This document shows positions 61,047-64,000 of a stretch of DNA of 64,000 nucleotides, piece after piece. Within the stretch, counting starts at the first letter, position 1. Each line of letters opens with the position of its first letter. The DNA lies in the IMG/VR virus record IMGVR_UViG_3300035130_000101, positions 6,304 through 70,303 of that record. One strand, written 5' to 3'. Source of the DNA: a virus. A program made the translations under genes and the position numbers. The notes under the pieces are model-generated. The model was not told the origin of the DNA and made no database searches. It was given only the letters and a program-made list of their open reading frames with translations.

Positions 61047-61508
61047 TTATCCGCCTACTTCCTCAAATACAATCGTGCCGTTCATCGTCAAAGCATCGTC
61101 AGGCGCAGATTGTAATTCCACGATAAATAGGCCGGATGGTGATACAACCGGTCTATCTTCGGGAGGAGGCAGGAAGTAGAATCCAATCTGCACGTTAAAT
61201 GCCTCCGCGTGCAAAAAGGTTCCTTCAACACTCTGAGTTGTATTGTTTGCTTCAACGGTTCCGCCAAAGGCAGCATCCCCTACTTGCAAGGGACTGGGAG
61301 TAACAGACGTGCCGCCCGAACCAGTTGCCGTACCACGATGAATCAGAATCGGCAACATCTCTGCTTGTGCATCACCAGCATCAGAAGATTGAGTGATCGT
61401 TACGGAGTGAATGATTACTGCCGCATCTGCCGGAGCAATCAGCTCGAATAAATCTTGCGCTGCCGATACTGCTACCTCTTCAAAAACCGCTGCATATGTT
61501 CTGCCCAT
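61047..61508 (-). CDS. hypothetical protein
   Basis: 153-aa ORF. Confidence 0.45.
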   Translation of the reverse strand: MGRTYAAVFEEVAVSAAQDLFELIAPADAAVIIHSVTITQSSDAGDAQAEMLPILIHRGTATGSGGTSVTPSPLQVGDAAFGGTVEANNTTQSVEGTFLHAEAFNVQIGFYFLPPPEDRPVVSPSGLFIVELQSAPDDALTMNGTIVFEEVGG

Positions 61509-61523
61509 TTTTTACCCCTTTAC

Positions 61524-62378
61524 TTACATTCTCAATAATATATTTTTGCTTGGATGTCTACGTGACGGGAAAGGCATCCCTACTGCTGCTGCCACCGAAG
61601 GCACTACAAAAAATGTTGGTATTCGCGGCTTGTACAATTCCCACCTGGTAGCAGGGTCGAATAGTTGCCAGTTTTCGGCGGCTAATAATATTCGGTTGTA
61701 GAACCTTATCTCCGGCATTTCACCGGAAGCATTAAAGTTCCCGGTTACTCCATTTAGTGTGAATAACGCCGCCCGGTCAGTATCCTGACCGCCCTGTGCT
61801 TTCGTTGTTGTCCCAATTGAAACACCATCACGGTAAAAACTGACTGCGTCATCAGTGTCCCACGATATTGCATAGTGGTGATACCGATCTGTATCCAAAA
61901 CAAAGGTGTCACTATACACGGAAGAACTTGAATATAGGCTCAATTTGTAGCTAGTACCACTGTCCTGATATATACCACAAAAAAACCGGGGGGAGCTAGA
62001 ATTGAAATTATTCGTGAAAATTACGTGTCGGGCGATGCTGTTTGAATTGGCTTTATACCACCAACTTATGGTAAACGGTCTGGGTGCGGCGGCATTTAAA
62101 ATACTATTCGGAAAAGTAACGTATTTTGTGGTCGTGTTGTCGGGAGCCAAGACAGGACCTTGCGTTCCAACGTCCCAGCCCAACCCACCAGTTAAAGTAC
62201 CACGACTACCCACAGTACTGAGGTCCAGCAATATGTTACTGCCAAATGACGGTCGGGTGGGACACCACCCAACCAATCCGGTAGCCTGCGGTGACTTCGT
62301 GTTTAGTTCAAAATCTACAGCGGGGGGTCCTGGAAGTTTCCACCCACTTCGATGTGAAAACCGGTTGAAAGAATCCAT
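61524..62378 (-). CDS. LamG/concanavalin-A-like lectin-fold protein
   Basis: PFTISWWYKANS...YKLSLYSSS...HHYAISWDTDDAVSFYRDG. Confidence 0.5.
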   Translation of the reverse strand: MDSFNRFSHRSGWKLPGPPAVDFELNTKSPQATGLVGWCPTRPSFGSNILLDLSTVGSRGTLTGGLGWDVGTQGPVLAPDNTTTKYVTFPNSILNAAAPRPFTISWWYKANSNSIARHVIFTNNFNSSSPRFFCGIYQDSGTSYKLSLYSSSSVYSDTFVLDTDRYHHYAISWDTDDAVSFYRDGVSIGTTTKAQGGQDTDRAALFTLNGVTGNFNASGEMPEIRFYNRILLAAENWQLFDPATRWELYKPRIPTFFVVPSVAAAVGMPFPSRRHPSKNILLRM

Positions 62379-62379
62379 A

Positions 62380-62763
62380 TTATTCCAGTGCCGTAATGAC
62401 CCAGGCCGTACCTAATTGCGCTGTCCAGGTTGAAGCGACACCACCTCCAACCTGAACCGCGATTAAAAACCATCCTGGCGTAATTAACACATCTTTTCGT
62501 TGCACCAACCCGGCAGACGCCGGGCGTGGAAATACCGAGCGGACTGTACCGACTGTTTCATATGTTCCACCGTAATCAGTGGAACGGAACAATTCAACCT
62601 CAGCCCCGGCACTAATACTGGTTGTATTTGGATTAGTAATAACTACCGGAACCCAACCCTCCAACTCCTGACTCAATACAAATGAAAATGTAGCATATCC
62701 CGATTGCGCCACACCTGCTCCGGCTACATAAGTCCCTACCAGAGCTTGCACAAAATTAGCCAT
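62380..62763 (-). CDS. hypothetical protein
   Basis: 127-aa beta-rich ORF. Confidence 0.4.
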   Translation of the reverse strand: MANFVQALVGTYVAGAGVAQSGYATFSFVLSQELEGWVPVVITNPNTTSISAGAEVELFRSTDYGGTYETVGTVRSVFPRPASAGLVQRKDVLITPGWFLIAVQVGGGVASTWTAQLGTAWVITALE

Positions 62764-63451
62764 AGCCCTTTACCTCAAACAATTCTGATTGCTGTAATTT
62801 GCCATTTTGTGGTAAGTCATCCAATGTGACTGGCGAAATGCGTAGATGATGACAGTGGACATTCAACGCCGCGTATGCTTCAATGTTCAGTCTTTTTAGT
62901 CGCAAAAAGAATGAGTGGTCCTCGCTATATGGAAAAATCTTGTCGAATGGTTGCTCGTTTAATTCGGTTGCTATCCGGTCAAATACTCTACGACGTACAA
63001 ATAGACATCCTCCACCGGCAGAACCAATTTGCACAACTTTGACGTTATCCGGCCAAACGGCCATCGGTTGCAATCCGGGTGCATCCTCTGGGCCAACCCA
63101 TTGAAACAAAACCGGTACGTGTGGCGGCTGTTTCATTTGATACAAGCCACTTACTACATCCAGGTCGTGTTTGTTGGCAATCATCACCATTCGGGCTACG
63201 ATGTCAGGCTCAAAAACGTGGTCTGTGTCTAGCTGCACCAACCAATCTCCAACGAAGCGTGACACTAGGGCGTTTCTGGCCGGGGCGTGATCTGAAAAAG
63301 CAGACCGCTCCAGGTGAATGTGTACGCCCTCGTCGCACCATTCGGCATTAAAAGCTGCCATCTGGCCCCAAGACCAACAGAATTGCTCCAGTACTGCGGG
63401 CAGGCCACCTAAATATGCAACTGTACCGATTGCTTTAGAGCCGATAATCAT
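62756..63451 (-). CDS. GT2-like glycosyltransferase
   Basis: LVQLDTDHVF (DxD) and GGGCLFVRRRVF. Confidence 0.5.
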   Translation of the reverse strand: MIIGSKAIGTVAYLGGLPAVLEQFCWSWGQMAAFNAEWCDEGVHIHLERSAFSDHAPARNALVSRFVGDWLVQLDTDHVFEPDIVARMVMIANKHDLDVVSGLYQMKQPPHVPVLFQWVGPEDAPGLQPMAVWPDNVKVVQIGSAGGGCLFVRRRVFDRIATELNEQPFDKIFPYSEDHSFFLRLKRLNIEAYAALNVHCHHLRISPVTLDDLPQNGKLQQSELFEVKGYG

Positions 63452-64000
63452 TTATCCACCCATTCCATTGTTCGGCCACTCGCCACCAGTCACAACGCTG
63501 CCGAGCTTCCGTCATCATCTCTTGCCTGATTGCCTTCTGCGCGCTAGGGTTTTCAACCAAGCGACAAATGGCATCGACATACCGTGCTCGCACCAGAGCA
63601 TCTCCAGACGGACTACCCTCGATAAAAACGCCGTGCTTTACGTTGTCCAGCGTAGCCCAATATGGTCGAGTAATCGGAATTGCACCTAATACCTGTGCCT
63701 CCATACAGGATATGCACGAAGTCTCGGTAAAGTCAGTCGGATAGACCCACATTCCTGACTGCATAAATTCTTTGTATAGCTGCTTTTGCCCGATGCGCCC
63801 GTGCCAAATAACACCATCCATTTGTTTGGCCCGTTCCATCGTATCGAATGATGGCTGCCACGGTCGCCGGTCGCCGTGACCGTCTGAAATCATCTTAATG
63901 TTGTCAATACCGTAGAAGATGTGCAGCTCTAAATCTTCTACTTGTTCCCTGGCTCGTTCAAAGATGGTCAATAACGCCGCCAATCCCCGATCTGGTGAAC
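63435..64000 (-). CDS. GT1 (GT-B)-like glycosyltransferase, C-terminal part (probably continues beyond the window)
   Basis: PTDFTETSCISCMEAQVLGAIPI resembles the E(x7)E region of GT-B enzymes. An N-terminal domain is absent from the window. Confidence 0.45.
   Translation of the reverse strand, partial: SPDRGLAALLTIFERAREQVEDLELHIFYGIDNIKMISDGHGDRRPWQPSFDTMERAKQMDGVIWHGRIGQKQLYKEFMQSGMWVYPTDFTETSCISCMEAQVLGAIPITRPYWATLDNVKHGVFIEGSPSGDALVRARYVDAICRLVENPSAQKAIRQEMMTEARQRCDWWRVAEQWNGWINDYRL

Overview
The whole 64-kb window reads as one densely packed genome segment of a tailed dsDNA phage or prophage. It looks siphovirus-like: there is an 1114-aa tape measure protein and no sheath gene, and I saw no obvious host genes. 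All calls come from manual motif reading of the supplied ORFs and of the raw sequence; no database or profile searches were run. Most genes are on the minus strand.

Modules, left to right:
- 1-7 kb: sugar/glycan-modification cluster with a kinase-like protein, an FkbM-like methyltransferase, a DegT-family enzyme carrying a ColD-like His, an Fcl-like reductase, and a (GDGYGS)n protein. It probably continues at 62.7-64 kb with GT2-like and GT1-like glycosyltransferases.
- 7.2-7.8 kb: a short tyrosine-recombinase-like gene.
- 7.9-11.4 kb: a plus-strand array of about 10 tiny ORFs separated by conserved stem-loop spacers.
- 12-13.2 kb: a LAGLIDADG homing endonuclease.
- 13.2-24.2 kb: head and packaging genes (TerS, TerL, portal, MuF-like protein, protease/scaffold, capsid).
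- 27-33 kb: DNA metabolism and replication (MazG-like, DNA MTase, SNF2 helicase, DnaC-like, DnaD-like with iterons).
- About 35.5 kb: a divergent XRE switch.
- 35.7-39.4 kb: a plus-strand early operon.
- 39.5-43.1 kb: an accessory operon (RHH, membrane-HTH protein, membrane FtsK-like ATPase, RHH, HNH).
- 43.1-62.8 kb: tail genes.

Main things worth a second look:
1. A 4.3-kb opposite-strand island (50.74-55.04 kb) splits the tail chaperone from the tape measure. It holds two paralogous cassettes, each arranged as consensus promoter, 5' stem leader, roughly 200-aa protein with a RAMP-like glycine-rich loop, C-poor GT-rich degenerate-repeat tract, and small HNH nuclease.
2. An AT-flanked palindromic motif (core CTCAATTGCAATTGAG) occurs at least 17 times, almost always next to start or stop codons.
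3. Two promoter / long leader / strong terminator units sit immediately upstream of the head module and of the replication module.
4. Fourteen near-consensus sigma70-type promoters are present.

I recognised no tRNA, rRNA or CRISPR array.
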